Of a DNA stretch of 64,000 bases, positions 28,780-38,758 are shown in pieces. Position numbers and translations under genes: made by a program. This DNA comes from an uncultured Verrucomicrobiae bacterium. Its GTDB lineage: Bacteria > Verrucomicrobiota > Verrucomicrobiia > Chthoniobacterales > UBA10450. Every line of letters starts with the position of its first letter. Position 1 is the first letter of the stretch. The DNA is taken from the NCBI GenBank assembly GCA_963834385.1, contig CAWIBO010000005.1, forward strand, positions 704,001 to 768,000. The letters run 5' to 3'. The notes below the pieces were generated by a model that saw only the letters and a program-made list of their open reading frames with translations, did not search any database and was not told the DNA's origin.

Positions 28780-29853
28780 CTAGGACGCGGGGGAACGCAG
28801 GGAAGCGTCGCTCAGCGGGACTTCGTTCCGTTCCGCCCGCGGCCCCCGCCCGCGCCCCTCATTCAGCCAGTCGCAGAACTCGGTCACGTGCTCCTCGATG
28901 ATCGCTTCGCCCGCCGCGATTTGCCGGCGGCGCAGGGCCAGCGATTCATCCGCAATCGCCTGCAGCGAATCCATGTCATAGAGGTAAACACCCTCCATCT
29001 CGTTCACCTCCGGGGCCACGTCGCGCGGCACCGCGATGTCGATCAGGAACAACGGGCGGGCCCGTCGTGCGCGCACGATCGGTTGCAGAATCTCGCGCGT
29101 CACGATCGGCTCCGTCGCCGCGGTCGAGGAGATCAGGATGTCGATCTCGCGGCATTCCTCCTGCCAGGCGGTGAAGGGAATGCTCCGCCCGTTCACCAGG
29201 GCCGCCAGGTTGGCCGCCCGCTCCCCCGTGCGGTTGGTCACCCGCAGATCGCACACCCCGCGCGAGACCAGGGCCCGCGCGGTCCGTTCGCTGTTCTCCC
29301 CCGCGCCCAAAAGCAGCACCTTGCACCGGGTCAGGTCGCCAAAAATCTTGCCCGCAAGGTCCACCGCGACCGACCCGACGGAAACGGCGCCCCGCGTGAT
29401 GTCGGTCCGCGTCCGCACCTGCTTGGCCACCCGGAAACCGCGCTGGAAAAGACGGTGCAGAAGCGGGCCCGCGCTGCCGGCCTGGCGCGCCTCCGCATAG
29501 GCTTTCTTCGCCTGCCCCAGGATCTCGCTCTCGCCCACCACCATGGAATCAAATCCGCACGCGACCCGAAACAGGTGACGCACGCAGTCGGACCCTTCCA
29601 GCCGGTAAAAAACGCCCGCATCCTCCTCCGCTCCCCCCGGCGCCTGCTGCCGAAGCTGCCGCCGGATGGTTTCGGTGGAAACTGATTCCTCCGAGGCCGC
29701 ATAAACTTCCACCCGGTTGCAGGTGGTCAGCAGAAGCATTTCCCGGCAGCCACTGGCCTGGCGCAGCGCGCTCGCCGACAGGCCGCACCCGTAGCGCTCG
29801 CGTGTTTCCACCGTCGCGGTGTGATGGCTCAGGCCCACGCAGAAGAGGTTCAT
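28780..29853 (-). CDS. hemA: glutamyl-tRNA reductase (short C-terminus)
   Basis: TCNRVE, DSMVVGESEILGQ, GAGE, DIAVPRD. Confidence 0.95.
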   Translation of the reverse strand: MNLFCVGLSHHTATVETRERYGCGLSASALRQASGCREMLLLTTCNRVEVYAASEESVSTETIRRQLRQQAPGGAEEDAGVFYRLEGSDCVRHLFRVACGFDSMVVGESEILGQAKKAYAEARQAGSAGPLLHRLFQRGFRVAKQVRTRTDITRGAVSVGSVAVDLAGKIFGDLTRCKVLLLGAGENSERTARALVSRGVCDLRVTNRTGERAANLAALVNGRSIPFTAWQEECREIDILISSTAATEPIVTREILQPIVRARRARPLFLIDIAVPRDVAPEVNEMEGVYLYDMDSLQAIADESLALRRRQIAAGEAIIEEHVTEFCDWLNEGRGRGPRAERNEVPLSDASLRSPAS

Positions 29854-30647
29854 GAAACCGGGGGGCGCTCCGAGATAAAGGTGATGCCCCAGAGCAGGCC
29901 GACCGAGGCGATAAACGCGGCCACGCAAAGTCCGGCCACCCGGCGCGGCGCCAGGCGCCCCCAGTGGCGACCCTGCAGGATCACCGCATAGAGAACCCAG
30001 ACCGCGACCGCGAGGATCATTTTCACCACCGGCAACGGTTGCCCGGTGAAAAAGCCGCTGGCAATCCCGGCCGTATAAAGAGCAAACCCGACCCAGACCA
30101 GCCGCGTCATCGCGGCGTAAAGCGTGGTCAGCGGCGGCAGATTGCGAAAGAGGGAATGCACGTCGCGCGCCTTGAGTTGGCGTTCCTGCAGCAGGTACAT
30201 CAGGCCGGCAATGCAGGCGAGGGCGAAGGCGCCGTAGGCCAGCATCGACATGGAGGCGTGAAACTCGAGCCAGGGATTCACCTCGATCCGCCGGACCGGC
30301 GGCCGGTCAATCGGCATCAGGAGGGCAAACGCCTGCAAAAGAAACACCAGGGGCGCGGTGAAGGTGCCCATGAGGGAAAGCCGGTAGACCGGCCCGACCG
30401 CCATGTAAAAGAGCGCGATCGCCCAGGCCAGGAAGGCGAAGACCTCGAAGAGATTCGTCAGCGGACAACGCCCAAGCTCTTCCCCGCGGAAATACAGGAA
30501 AAGGGTCTGGAGGACGAACCCCGCGAGGACGGCGAAAAAGGTGAACGGCGTCGGCTGAAACCCGCCCGCGCGCACGGAAAAAACGGAGCGCGCCACCGCG
30601 AGCAGGAAGCAAAGGGTGGAGGCATGCAGGTAAAGCCGTTCGTCCAT
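29850..30647 (-). CDS. ccsA: cytochrome c assembly CcsA / HemX-like membrane protein
   Basis: RCPLTNLFE, WLEFH, YLLQERQLK, LPPL; 8 hydrophobic segments; upstream of hemA. Confidence 0.8.
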   Translation of the reverse strand: MDERLYLHASTLCFLLAVARSVFSVRAGGFQPTPFTFFAVLAGFVLQTLFLYFRGEELGRCPLTNLFEVFAFLAWAIALFYMAVGPVYRLSLMGTFTAPLVFLLQAFALLMPIDRPPVRRIEVNPWLEFHASMSMLAYGAFALACIAGLMYLLQERQLKARDVHSLFRNLPPLTTLYAAMTRLVWVGFALYTAGIASGFFTGQPLPVVKMILAVAVWVLYAVILQGRHWGRLAPRRVAGLCVAAFIASVGLLWGITFISERPPVS

Positions 30648-30710
30648 CTCCGGCGCACCTTACGGGCGGCTGACTTTCCTGGCAATTCCCGGGTCCCCGC
30701 CCCGGCGGGC

Positions 30711-32060
30711 TCAGTTGATCGTGACCAGCGTTCCCACCGGGATCTCGGCGAAGAGCTTTTGCGCCTTTTCCGAGGGGAGACGGATGCAGCCGTGCGAGGC
30801 CGGGTAATTCGGCACCACCCCGGCGTGCATCCCGAAATCAAGGCAGTTCAACCGCATGAAGAACGGCATCTGCACATGGTAAATGCTGGAGCGATGGCTC
30901 CGCTTCTTGTCCGTCACCACGAACTCGCCCGCCGGCGTGGCAAACCCTTTTCGGCCGGTGGAGACCGGCGTTTTCATGATCTCCACCCCGTTGCGGAAAA
31001 CGGTGGCCCGCTGTTCCGAAAGGGAGATCTCCACCCGCAGTTCGCTGGGCTCCGGCCCTTTCCCGAGCAGCATCTGCACGCAGCGCCATTTTTTCGTCCG
31101 GGAGGCAAAATAAAGCGCGATCATCTTGTTGCGGCCGGTCTTCCGGAAACGCTCCGCCCCCGCGTCCAGCAGGGCGCGAACATAGTCTTCCCGGCCCATT
31201 CCCGCCGCCAGCATGAGCACGGTCAGCCCCCGGTCGCTCGTGAGAAAGCTCCGCAGAAAGCTGCTCTCGACCTTGTCCATGAATTCTTTCTCCGGCGGCC
31301 CGGGCAGGATGGCGTTCGGATCGATCCCCGCGCCCAGCAGAGTGGTAAAAAGCGGCATGTCGTCCTCCATGATGGCCGCCGCCAGCAAGGGCACGGTCGA
31401 GCCTTCCGCCGTCGGCATGGCCGCATGCTTGCCCAGGAGAAAACGGACGGTCTCGACGTCCCCCTCCACCGCAGCCTGGCGCAGCGCCGCGCGCGTTTCC
31501 GGTCTCCATGGCAGCTCGCCGCCGGTCCGTTGCAGCACGGTCTTGATCAACTGGACGTCGCCGGTGGCGCACGCCATCTCGAGCAGGGTCCGGCCATCTT
31601 CCCCCGCCGATTCCACCCGGTGCACCTTCGGCAGGAGCAGCTCAAACGCCTCGCGGTTTTTCCCCAGCAAGGCGTGATGCGCAGCTGACCATCCTTGCAG
31701 GTCGGTCGCATTCGGATGCACGGAACGGGCCAGCAACATTTGTAATAGCTCCAGGTCGCCCCGGCGCGCCGCGATCATCAACGGCGTCACCCCAAATTCA
31801 TCCGGCACATCCACCCGCGCCCCCTGCTCCATCAGTTCGCGCGCCAGCTCCACCTTGTTCTGCATCACCGCGGCCAGGAGCAGGCTCCGGCCCTCTTCCC
31901 CACGCGCATCCGGGTCCAGCGGCACCGGCGCAGACACCTTCGCCACCGCCACAGGAACGGCCGTGCCCGGCACCTCCTGACGGGTCGGTTGCAGGGCGAT
32001 GGCGGCGTAGATGACGGCCGCGCTAAGCATCGCCGGGAGCAATCGTAAGGTTGTGTTCAC
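30711..32060 (-). CDS. ankyrin-repeat protein with C-terminal L,D-transpeptidase (YkuD) domain
   Basis: GVTPLMIAA, GWSAAHHA, GRTLLEMAC, GLTVLMLAA repeats; VSTG...TPAG, GMHAG...ASHGCIRL; GGAGG + GTG start at 32060. Confidence 0.88.
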   Translation of the reverse strand: MNTTLRLLPAMLSAAVIYAAIALQPTRQEVPGTAVPVAVAKVSAPVPLDPDARGEEGRSLLLAAVMQNKVELARELMEQGARVDVPDEFGVTPLMIAARRGDLELLQMLLARSVHPNATDLQGWSAAHHALLGKNREAFELLLPKVHRVESAGEDGRTLLEMACATGDVQLIKTVLQRTGGELPWRPETRAALRQAAVEGDVETVRFLLGKHAAMPTAEGSTVPLLAAAIMEDDMPLFTTLLGAGIDPNAILPGPPEKEFMDKVESSFLRSFLTSDRGLTVLMLAAGMGREDYVRALLDAGAERFRKTGRNKMIALYFASRTKKWRCVQMLLGKGPEPSELRVEISLSEQRATVFRNGVEIMKTPVSTGRKGFATPAGEFVVTDKKRSHRSSIYHVQMPFFMRLNCLDFGMHAGVVPNYPASHGCIRLPSEKAQKLFAEIPVGTLVTIN

Positions 32061-32176
32061 TACCTCCCAAGCTACCCGGTTCCCCCGAAATCCAGTCAAG
32101 TTCAATCGCTGCCGGAGAGCCAGTTTCACGCCATATTTCACGCTTTTCCCTCCCTTTACCCCGCTCGCCCTGCCGG

Positions 32177-32204
32177 TTGACGCCGGTCTCCCACGGGTTA
32201 GCAT
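32177..32204 (+). promoter_or_regulatory. putative promoter of apt (leaderless-type spacing)
   Basis: TTGACG-N16-TAGCAT, 8 nt before the ATG. Confidence 0.45.
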
Positions 32205-32212
32205 CGCGCCAC

Positions 32213-32743
32213 ATGGATTCCGTTTCGCTCGACCAACTCCGCGCCGCCGTGCGCGACGTCCCCGATTTCCCCAAACCGGGCATCATTTTCAAGGATATCA
32301 CCCCCATTCTCGCCGATGGCGCGCTCTTCCGCGCCGCCATCGATCTTTTCCGCGCCCGTTGCCAGGAACTCAAGATCGACAAGATCGTCTGCATCGACGC
32401 CCGCGGCTTTCTCTTCGGCTCCGCCGTCGCCTACGAACTCGGGCTTGGCCTCATTCCCATCCGCAAACGGGGCAAGCTTCCCTACAAGACCAACCGCGCC
32501 GCCTACACCCTCGAATACGGCGAAGCCGAGGTCGAAGTGCACATCGACGCCATCCAGCCCGGCGAAAAAATCGTCCTGGTCGACGATCTTCTCGCCACCG
32601 GCGGAACCTCCGCCTCGGCCATGACCCTGGTGGAGAAGATGGGAGGCGAAATCGTGGAAGCGCAGTTCCTCATCGAGCTCGAGTTCCTCCAGGGCCGGGA
32701 AAAACTCGGGCGCACCCCGGTCGTTTCGTTCCTCAAATACTAG
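32213..32743 (+). CDS. apt: adenine phosphoribosyltransferase
   Basis: PDFPKPGIIFKDIT, DARGF, LEYG, VDDLLATGGT. Confidence 0.97.
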   Translation: MDSVSLDQLRAAVRDVPDFPKPGIIFKDITPILADGALFRAAIDLFRARCQELKIDKIVCIDARGFLFGSAVAYELGLGLIPIRKRGKLPYKTNRAAYTLEYGEAEVEVHIDAIQPGEKIVLVDDLLATGGTSASAMTLVEKMGGEIVEAQFLIELEFLQGREKLGRTPVVSFLKY

Positions 32744-33595
32744 CCGGGACCGCCCGCCGCGGCGGTCTCCCGCCTTTCGACCGCGCGCACCCGAATGGGA
32801 CGGTCAAAACCTTTCAGGCTGACTTCACCCAGGTCCTGGAACGAAACTTCCTTACCCAGGCAAAGCTCGGCCACCACGTTCGAGACCAGGATCTGGCCGG
32901 GTTCGGCCTTTGCGCACAGCCGCGCCGCCAGTTGCACGGTCGAACCGAAAATGTCGTCACCGCGTTCCACCGGCTCGCCCGCGGCACATCCAATCCGAAC
33001 GCTGATCGCCGGGCTCGTCCCCGCGTCGCTCCCCAGCTCGCTCTGTATCTGCGCGGCGCAGCGCACTGCCGAGGCGGAGGAATGGAACGAAGCCATGATC
33101 CCGTCGCCCGTATGTTTCACCTCCCGGCCCCGGTGCTCCTCCAGCGCCTTCCGGACAATCCGATCATGCCGATGCACGAACTCCATCGCCTTCTCGTCGC
33201 CCAGCGTCTGGGTCATGGCGGTGGAGTTGACGATATCGGTGAAAAGGACGGTCCGAATTCCGGGGTCCCGCGGCGCGGTTGAGCCTCCGGGAAGCAGAGC
33301 CGCGCCGTGCGGATTCGTGTCCCCTCCGCCCAGAAAGGCGTCCGCGAGCTCCGGCGGTTTTATCTCGATGATCTTTTCCGCGACGAAGCCGTGGGCTTCC
33401 CGGTGCACCGCCGCGGCCGCCTCCGCGCTGGGCGCTTCCACCAGACAGAAGACCTTTCCGCATCCCTCGTTCACCCAGTACCTTCTTGTATTCCACCCCG
33501 TGCCGGCCCTGCACGGCGAGGTCCGCCGCGTGCGCCTGGGCCAGCTGCTCCGGCGTCACTCCCGGCATTTCATGGATGTCCATGTAAAGCGGCAT
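32740..33595 (-). CDS. DUF4242 (SCO4226-like) domain fused to class III adenylate/guanylate cyclase, +1 frameshift near 33481
   Basis: MPLYMDIHEMPG...AHAADLAVQGRHGVEYKK-YWVNE...FCLVEAPSAEAAAAVHREAHG; FTDIVNST, KHTGDG, DIFGSTVQLAARL, LKGF. Confidence 0.88.
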
Positions 33596-33641
33596 AACCA
33601 GCGAAAGCGTAGGCCTCGTAACGGCGACTGGCCAGCCTGCT

Positions 33642-34099
33642 TTACCCTTCGTGGCAGGTGCAGCCCCCGCCGCATCCATTTGCCTCGGCCACCACCACCT
33701 GCAGCTCGATCTCCTGCAGCTCCAGCTGGTCGTGGATGACGTGGAGCAGCCCCAGCGCCCGCTCGTCCGGCATAAAGTCGGAGCGCAGCTCAATCCGCGC
33801 TTTCTTCTGCGCCAGTTCCGGGTGCGCCTCCACCATCTCCCCGTCGAGCAGAAAGGAGACGTAGGCGTTGAACTTCTCCTGCAACTGGTGCAGCCGCTCG
33901 TCGCTCCCATCCCAGGCCCGCGTCTCGGTCATGACCATCACCACTTCGTCGCGCGCCGCGTCCAATCCGAAAAGATCAATCACTCCCGCTTCCGCCACCC
34001 CCGCCCGGCCCGGTTCGCTCTTCGGCTCATGCTCGTGCTCATGCTCCTGCTCCTGCTCATGCTCGTGCTCTGCTCGTGCTCGTGTCCGTCGCAACCCAT
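33642..34099 (-). CDS. His/Glu-repeat N-tail + DUF6572-like domain + Cys-rich C-tail; 1-nt deletion inside the repeat
   Basis: ATG at 34099 gives MGCDGHEHEQ; one hexamer unit lacks a base; continues EHEHEQEQEHEHEHE...VIDL...WDGSDERLHQLQEKFNAY...GCGGGCTCHEG. Confidence 0.75.
34026..34084. repeat. hexamer tandem repeat (CTC[A/G/C]TG) x~10
   Basis: ctcatg ctcgtg ctcatg ctcctg ctcctg ctcatg ctcgtg ctc-tg ctcgtg ctcgtg. Confidence 0.9.
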
Positions 34100-34178
34100 A
34101 GACGCCTAATTTGCCGCAGTTGCCGCCCGCGTCCACCCGCACCCTCGACAGCGCCCCGCCCCACCCGCATGGTGCTCC

Positions 34179-35039
34179 ATGAAACTTCTCCTCCTCGCCG
34201 CTCTTCTTTGCCTGACCGCCCTGGTGCCGGCTGAGGCCCAGTTTTCGCCCGCCTTTCTCCAGAACGGCAGCTACTGGGGCAACGGCAAGGCGGAGTTCAA
34301 TATCTACCAGGCCGAGATCACCCGTTACGGCCAGCCTCGCTCCGGCGAAGCGCTCCATATCCTGGTGCCCGAGCCTTACGACGAGAAACAGTTCGTCAAG
34401 CCGGACGACTGGAAGCGGCCCGGCATCATCCCGGTCATGAAACTCAACCAGGTCCTGCACATTCCCACCGGCCTCTACGTCTACCAGCAGATGCACTCGA
34501 ACTTCTGGCGCATCGACGATGGCCGGCTTTGGAAGTTTTCCCTCACCAGCAACGACAGTTGCGGCAACACCTACAAGGAGGCGCGTCGGCAGGAGGAGAA
34601 TTTCCAGTACGAATACCGGACCTACTGGGATGGCATGGCCCGCGGCGAGGAGGAGGTCGCGCTGCCGCCCGGCGGCCGCTTTTACGACGAGCTGCCGCTC
34701 CTGGTGCGGCTGCTCGATTTCTCGAAGGCCAAAGGCGAGGCGGAAGTTCCGCTGGCCGGCACCACGATCGGTTCAAAGAAGGACACCTTTAAGTTTTTCC
34801 CCGCTCGCTTCGCCTGGTCTGTGACCAAAGAGGGAATCATCGTGGAAGTCAGCCACGGCGGCGGCACCGACCGGATGGTTCTCGAAACGGAGTTTCCGCA
34901 CCTTCTGCGCGAATGGAAAACGGCTGATGGCAGCAGCTACCGGTTGAAGCGCAGCCTGCGGGTCGACTACTGGAACTATAATCAGCCGGGCGACCGGGAA
35001 CGCGCCCTCGACGACCCGAAACTGCAGCACCCCGATTGA
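34179..35039 (+). CDS. conserved secreted hypothetical protein
   Basis: Signal peptide MKLLLLAALLCLTALVPAEA; YWGNGKAEF, VMKLN, PTGLYVY, DYWNYN. Confidence 0.8.
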   Translation: MKLLLLAALLCLTALVPAEAQFSPAFLQNGSYWGNGKAEFNIYQAEITRYGQPRSGEALHILVPEPYDEKQFVKPDDWKRPGIIPVMKLNQVLHIPTGLYVYQQMHSNFWRIDDGRLWKFSLTSNDSCGNTYKEARRQEENFQYEYRTYWDGMARGEEEVALPPGGRFYDELPLLVRLLDFSKAKGEAEVPLAGTTIGSKKDTFKFFPARFAWSVTKEGIIVEVSHGGGTDRMVLETEFPHLLREWKTADGSSYRLKRSLRVDYWNYNQPGDRERALDDPKLQHPD

Positions 35040-35088
35040 TTCCTGCTCGTCGTCGCTCTTTCCAGCCTCTACTTTCCTCTCCGCGCGC

Positions 35089-35502
35089 ATGACTAAAAAA
35101 CAAAAGAAGCAGGACGGCCTCTCGCTGCTTGGCCGCAGTGAAACGCGCCTGCCCGCGTCCCCCGACCACGCCACCCTGGAGACGTTTCCGAACCCGGCCC
35201 GGCGGCGTTACACCATTCGCTTCGAGACCGCCGACTTCACCTCTCTTTGCCCGATCACCGGGCAGATGGATTTTGCCCACCTCTCGCTCGAGTACGTCCC
35301 CGACGCGCTTTGCGTCGAGACGAAGTCGCTCAAGTTCTACCTCGCCTCCTTCCGGAACGAGAAAGGTTTCAACGAGAAAATCGCCAACCGCATCCTCGAC
35401 GATTTCGTGCGGGCCTGCTCGCCGCATGAGGCCACCCTCGTGGCCGAATTCTCCCCGCGCGGCGGGATCGGTCTGACCGTTCGGGTCAGCCACCCGGAAT
35501 GA
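35089..35502 (+). CDS. queF: preQ0 reductase (monomodular)
   Basis: [24 protein letters not shown]. Confidence 0.93.
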   Translation: MTKKQKKQDGLSLLGRSETRLPASPDHATLETFPNPARRRYTIRFETADFTSLCPITGQMDFAHLSLEYVPDALCVETKSLKFYLASFRNEKGFNEKIANRILDDFVRACSPHEATLVAEFSPRGGIGLTVRVSHPE

Positions 35503-36176
35503 AGCCGGCGGTGGTTCTCCTCAGCGGCGGCCTCGATTCCGCCACGGTCCTCGGGATTGCGGTGCGCGACGGTTTCGCCGCCCATGCCCTTTCCTTCGAA
35601 TACGGCCAGCGGCATCGGACCGAGGTGGAGGCGGCGCGCCGGGTGGCCACCACCCTTGGAGCGACGGCGCATCGCGTGGCCCGGATCGATCTCCGCGTTT
35701 TTGGCGGGTCCGCCCTCACCGCCGACATCGCCGTGCCCAAGGAAGGCCCCGGCGCCGACGAGGTGCCGATCACCTATGTTCCGGCGCGCAACACCATCTT
35801 CCTCTCCTACGCCCTCGCCTGGGCCGAGGTCCTGGAGGCCGCGGATATCTTTATCGGGGTGAACGCGGTGGATTACAGCGGTTACCCCGATTGCCGCCCG
35901 GAATTCATCGCTGCTTTCGAAACCGTGGCACGCCTCGGCACAAAGGCGGGAATCGCCGGCGCACCTTTTCGCATCCATGCCCCGCTCCTCCGGTTGACCA
36001 AGGGTGACATCATCCGTCAGGGGCTCTCGCTCGGCCTCGATTATTCGCTCACCCGCAGTTGCTATGATCCGGCGCCGGATGATGTCGCCTGCGGCCGGTG
36101 CGATTCCTGCCGGCTCCGTCTCCAGGGATTCGCGGACGCCGGGGTGGCCGATCCCATCGCCTACGCCGCGCCGTGA
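35499..36176 (+). CDS. queC: 7-cyano-7-deazaguanine synthase
   Basis: SGGLDS, YGQRH, YVPARN, YPDCR, SCY..CGRCDSC. Confidence 0.97.
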   Translation: MKPAVVLLSGGLDSATVLGIAVRDGFAAHALSFEYGQRHRTEVEAARRVATTLGATAHRVARIDLRVFGGSALTADIAVPKEGPGADEVPITYVPARNTIFLSYALAWAEVLEAADIFIGVNAVDYSGYPDCRPEFIAAFETVARLGTKAGIAGAPFRIHAPLLRLTKGDIIRQGLSLGLDYSLTRSCYDPAPDDVACGRCDSCRLRLQGFADAGVADPIAYAAP

Positions 36177-36346
36177 AACGCGTTTTCCGTTTCTTTGTCC
36201 TGACTCCGGCCGAACAGCGCCTTGTCCTGGTCGTGATGCTGGTGCTGGTCGCGGTGGTTCTTCTTTCTCGCGAGATCTCGCGGCGGCGCGAGACCACCAC
36301 ACCCCTGCCGGAAACGGCCCCCTCTCCCGCGGCCACCGCCCGCTGA
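36173..36346 (+). CDS. small membrane protein
   Basis: GTG overlapping the queC stop: [31 protein letters not shown]. Confidence 0.6.
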   Translation: MKRVFRFFVLTPAEQRLVLVVMLVLVAVVLLSREISRRRETTTPLPETAPSPAATAR

Positions 36347-36347
36347 C

Positions 36348-37381
36348 TCAGCCTTTCCCGAGGCCGGGAATGCGACCGTAACCGATGAAGCGCGGCCTGC
36401 GGCCGTTGGCCGCCGCCCGCCCCGGCCGCGACACCTTGAAATCGAAGACGCTCACGCCATGGCGTGATTTGTCGTGATAAGTACGTCCGTCACTCGCCCC
36501 GACCATGACCCGTTTGCCCGTCTCCTTTTCGCGCCCAAGATAGATCATCGTGTGCGTGATCGGCGGATCGCGCTCGATGTCGTAAGTCCCCGTCCAAAAC
36601 AGGAGGTCCCCCGGTTGCAGGCCCTCCAGCTCGAAGCTGTCATCCTTCTCGCTCAGGACCGCCTCGAACGTTCCCGCCTTGCGCACCCAGACATACTGCT
36701 GGCTCGAGTCACGGGGAACGTCGCTGAAGCCCTGCTCCCTCAGCACGTGGTAGATGAACCCGGAACAATCCATGCCGCCTTGCGTCGGATCAGCCGACCC
36801 ATATTTGTAGGTGAGATTCTTTTCCGTCAGAAGCAACGCGGCCCGCACCATTTCCTGCACGCGCGCCGGATACTCCGCAAATCCCTTGAGCTGGTCGGGT
36901 TGCAGAACCGCCACGGTGGCCACCTTCTTCTTCGGGGAAGCGGTCGCGCTCGGTTCCGGTGACACGCTCGGATCGGGCGATGTTCCCTTCTCCGGCGACG
37001 CTTCTGGCGAGGGTGAAGGTTCCGGGGAGATCGTGGCCGTCGCCGTCGCGCTGGGGCGTCGGCGATGCCGTCGGCGTGGGCGTTGGGGTTGGGGTTGGAG
37101 AGGGCAAGGCCGCTTTCTTTTTTTTCTTTGTCGGCACCGGCGTGGGGCTGCTCTTTTTCTTCAGCCGGCGACGGGCTGGTCTTCGCTTTCGGACGCGGCG
37201 TCGCCGTGGGCGTCGAGCGCGCCTTTTTTGAACTGGTTCGCCGCGGTGTCGGCGTCGGGGTGGGCTCGAAAATCTGCCTGATCTTTTCCCCGAGCGATTC
37301 TGGACGCGGCGCGGCCTGGCCCCCGGGCGGAACGGCGAAGCTCAGGAGCAGGGCGAGAACGAGCAGCCGGTCCGGTCTCAC
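36348..37381 (-). CDS. NlpC/P60 peptidase with long Pro/Thr/Lys linker; two +1 frameshifts (~37167, ~37054)
   Basis: Signal (VRPDRLLVLALLLSFA), PTPTP linker spread over three frames, YKYG..GMDCSGF, PGDLLFW, THTMIY. Confidence 0.85.
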
Positions 37382-38712
37382 TTGGCCAGGGCCCGCAGGA
37401 CCGCCTGGTTGACGCGGATCCCCGCCTCGAGATTTTCGAGCGGGAAATTTTCGTTGGGAGAATGCGCGCGGCAATCGGGCAGGGCCAGGCCAAGCAGGAG
37501 CGTTTCCGCGTTCAGAATGGTGCGAAACTGCGTCGTAATCGGGATGCTTCCCCCTTCGCGAATCAGGGCTGGTTCTTTGCCGAAGGCATCTTTCATCGCG
37601 CGCTGCGCCGCTTTGCCCACTTCGCCGTGGGGATCGGTCAGATACCACGGACCGCTGTGCCCATCCTTCATCTCCAGGGTCACCCCCGGCGGCAGATGTT
37701 TCTCAAAATGTTTCCGCGCCAGCTGCAGGATCTTCTTCCCGTCCTGGTTCGGCACCAGCCGGAAGGTGATCTTGGCCATGGCATGGCTCGGGATCACGGT
37801 CTTGGTCCCTTTGCCCTGGTAACCCCCGCCGATGCCGTTCAGCTCCGCGGTCGGCCGCGCCCAAAGGCGTTCGAGGGTGGTGAAACCCTTTTCGCCAAAC
37901 AATGCCGGGACACCGGTCTCGGCCTTCGTCTCCTTGTCGGCATCAAGCGGAAGCTTGGCCCACATTTCGCGCTCCCACTCCTGCAACGGCAGCACATCAT
38001 CGTAAAAACCCTCGATCGCGACATGCCCGTCGGCGTTATGAATCGTCGCCACCAGGCGGCTCAGCGCCGTGATCGGGTTGGCCACCGCGCCGCCATAAAT
38101 TCCCGAGTGCAGGTCCATCTGGGACCCGGTCACCTTCAATTCCATCCCCACCACCCCGCGCAGACCGTAGCTGATCGTCGGCAATCCCCGCGCCAGCATG
38201 CCGGTGTCGGACACGACCACGGCATCGACCTTGAGCGCCTCCCGGTTCTCCTCCAAAAACGGAGCCAGGTTGCCGCTCCCGATCTCTTCTTCCCCTTCAA
38301 TGATCAGGTGCAGGTTGACCGGAAGTTCCCCCTCTTTTTCCAGCGTCTCCTGGAGACCAAGGATATGCGCAAGGATCTGGCCCTTGTTGTCGGTCGCGCC
38401 CCGCGCAAAAACATAGCCATCCTTCAAGACCGGTTCGAACGGCGGCGAATCCCACAGCTCCAACGGATCGGGCGGCTGCACGTCGTAGTGCCCGTAAATC
38501 ATCACGGTTTTCCGCCCGGCCACGTGCTTGTTCTGCGCCCAGACCACGGGATGACCCGGTGTCGGCACAAGTTTTGTCTCCAGGCCAAGGCCGGTCAGTT
38601 TCGTTACCAGCCAGTCGGCGCACGCTTTCACATCGCCCGCTGCCTCGGGATCGGTCGAGACGCTGGGGAACCGCAAGAACGTGTAAAAATCTTCGAGATG
38701 ACTCGGGCGCAT
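37378..38712 (-). CDS. M20 family dipeptidase
   Basis: YGHYDVQP, ARGATDNKG, EGEEE, DLHSG, GGSIP, HSPNE. Confidence 0.93.
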   Translation of the reverse strand: MRPSHLEDFYTFLRFPSVSTDPEAAGDVKACADWLVTKLTGLGLETKLVPTPGHPVVWAQNKHVAGRKTVMIYGHYDVQPPDPLELWDSPPFEPVLKDGYVFARGATDNKGQILAHILGLQETLEKEGELPVNLHLIIEGEEEIGSGNLAPFLEENREALKVDAVVVSDTGMLARGLPTISYGLRGVVGMELKVTGSQMDLHSGIYGGAVANPITALSRLVATIHNADGHVAIEGFYDDVLPLQEWEREMWAKLPLDADKETKAETGVPALFGEKGFTTLERLWARPTAELNGIGGGYQGKGTKTVIPSHAMAKITFRLVPNQDGKKILQLARKHFEKHLPPGVTLEMKDGHSGPWYLTDPHGEVGKAAQRAMKDAFGKEPALIREGGSIPITTQFRTILNAETLLLGLALPDCRAHSPNENFPLENLEAGIRVNQAVLRALAK

Positions 38713-38758
38713 GGTGGCAGACCCTAACCCAACTTCGGATTTTTAGCGCGAAAGATCC

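Noticed and set aside
28780..28900. hemA truncation as a pseudogene
   Set aside because: Catalytic and NADPH-binding motifs are intact and the gene abuts hemC; a short C-terminus alone is not evidence of decay.
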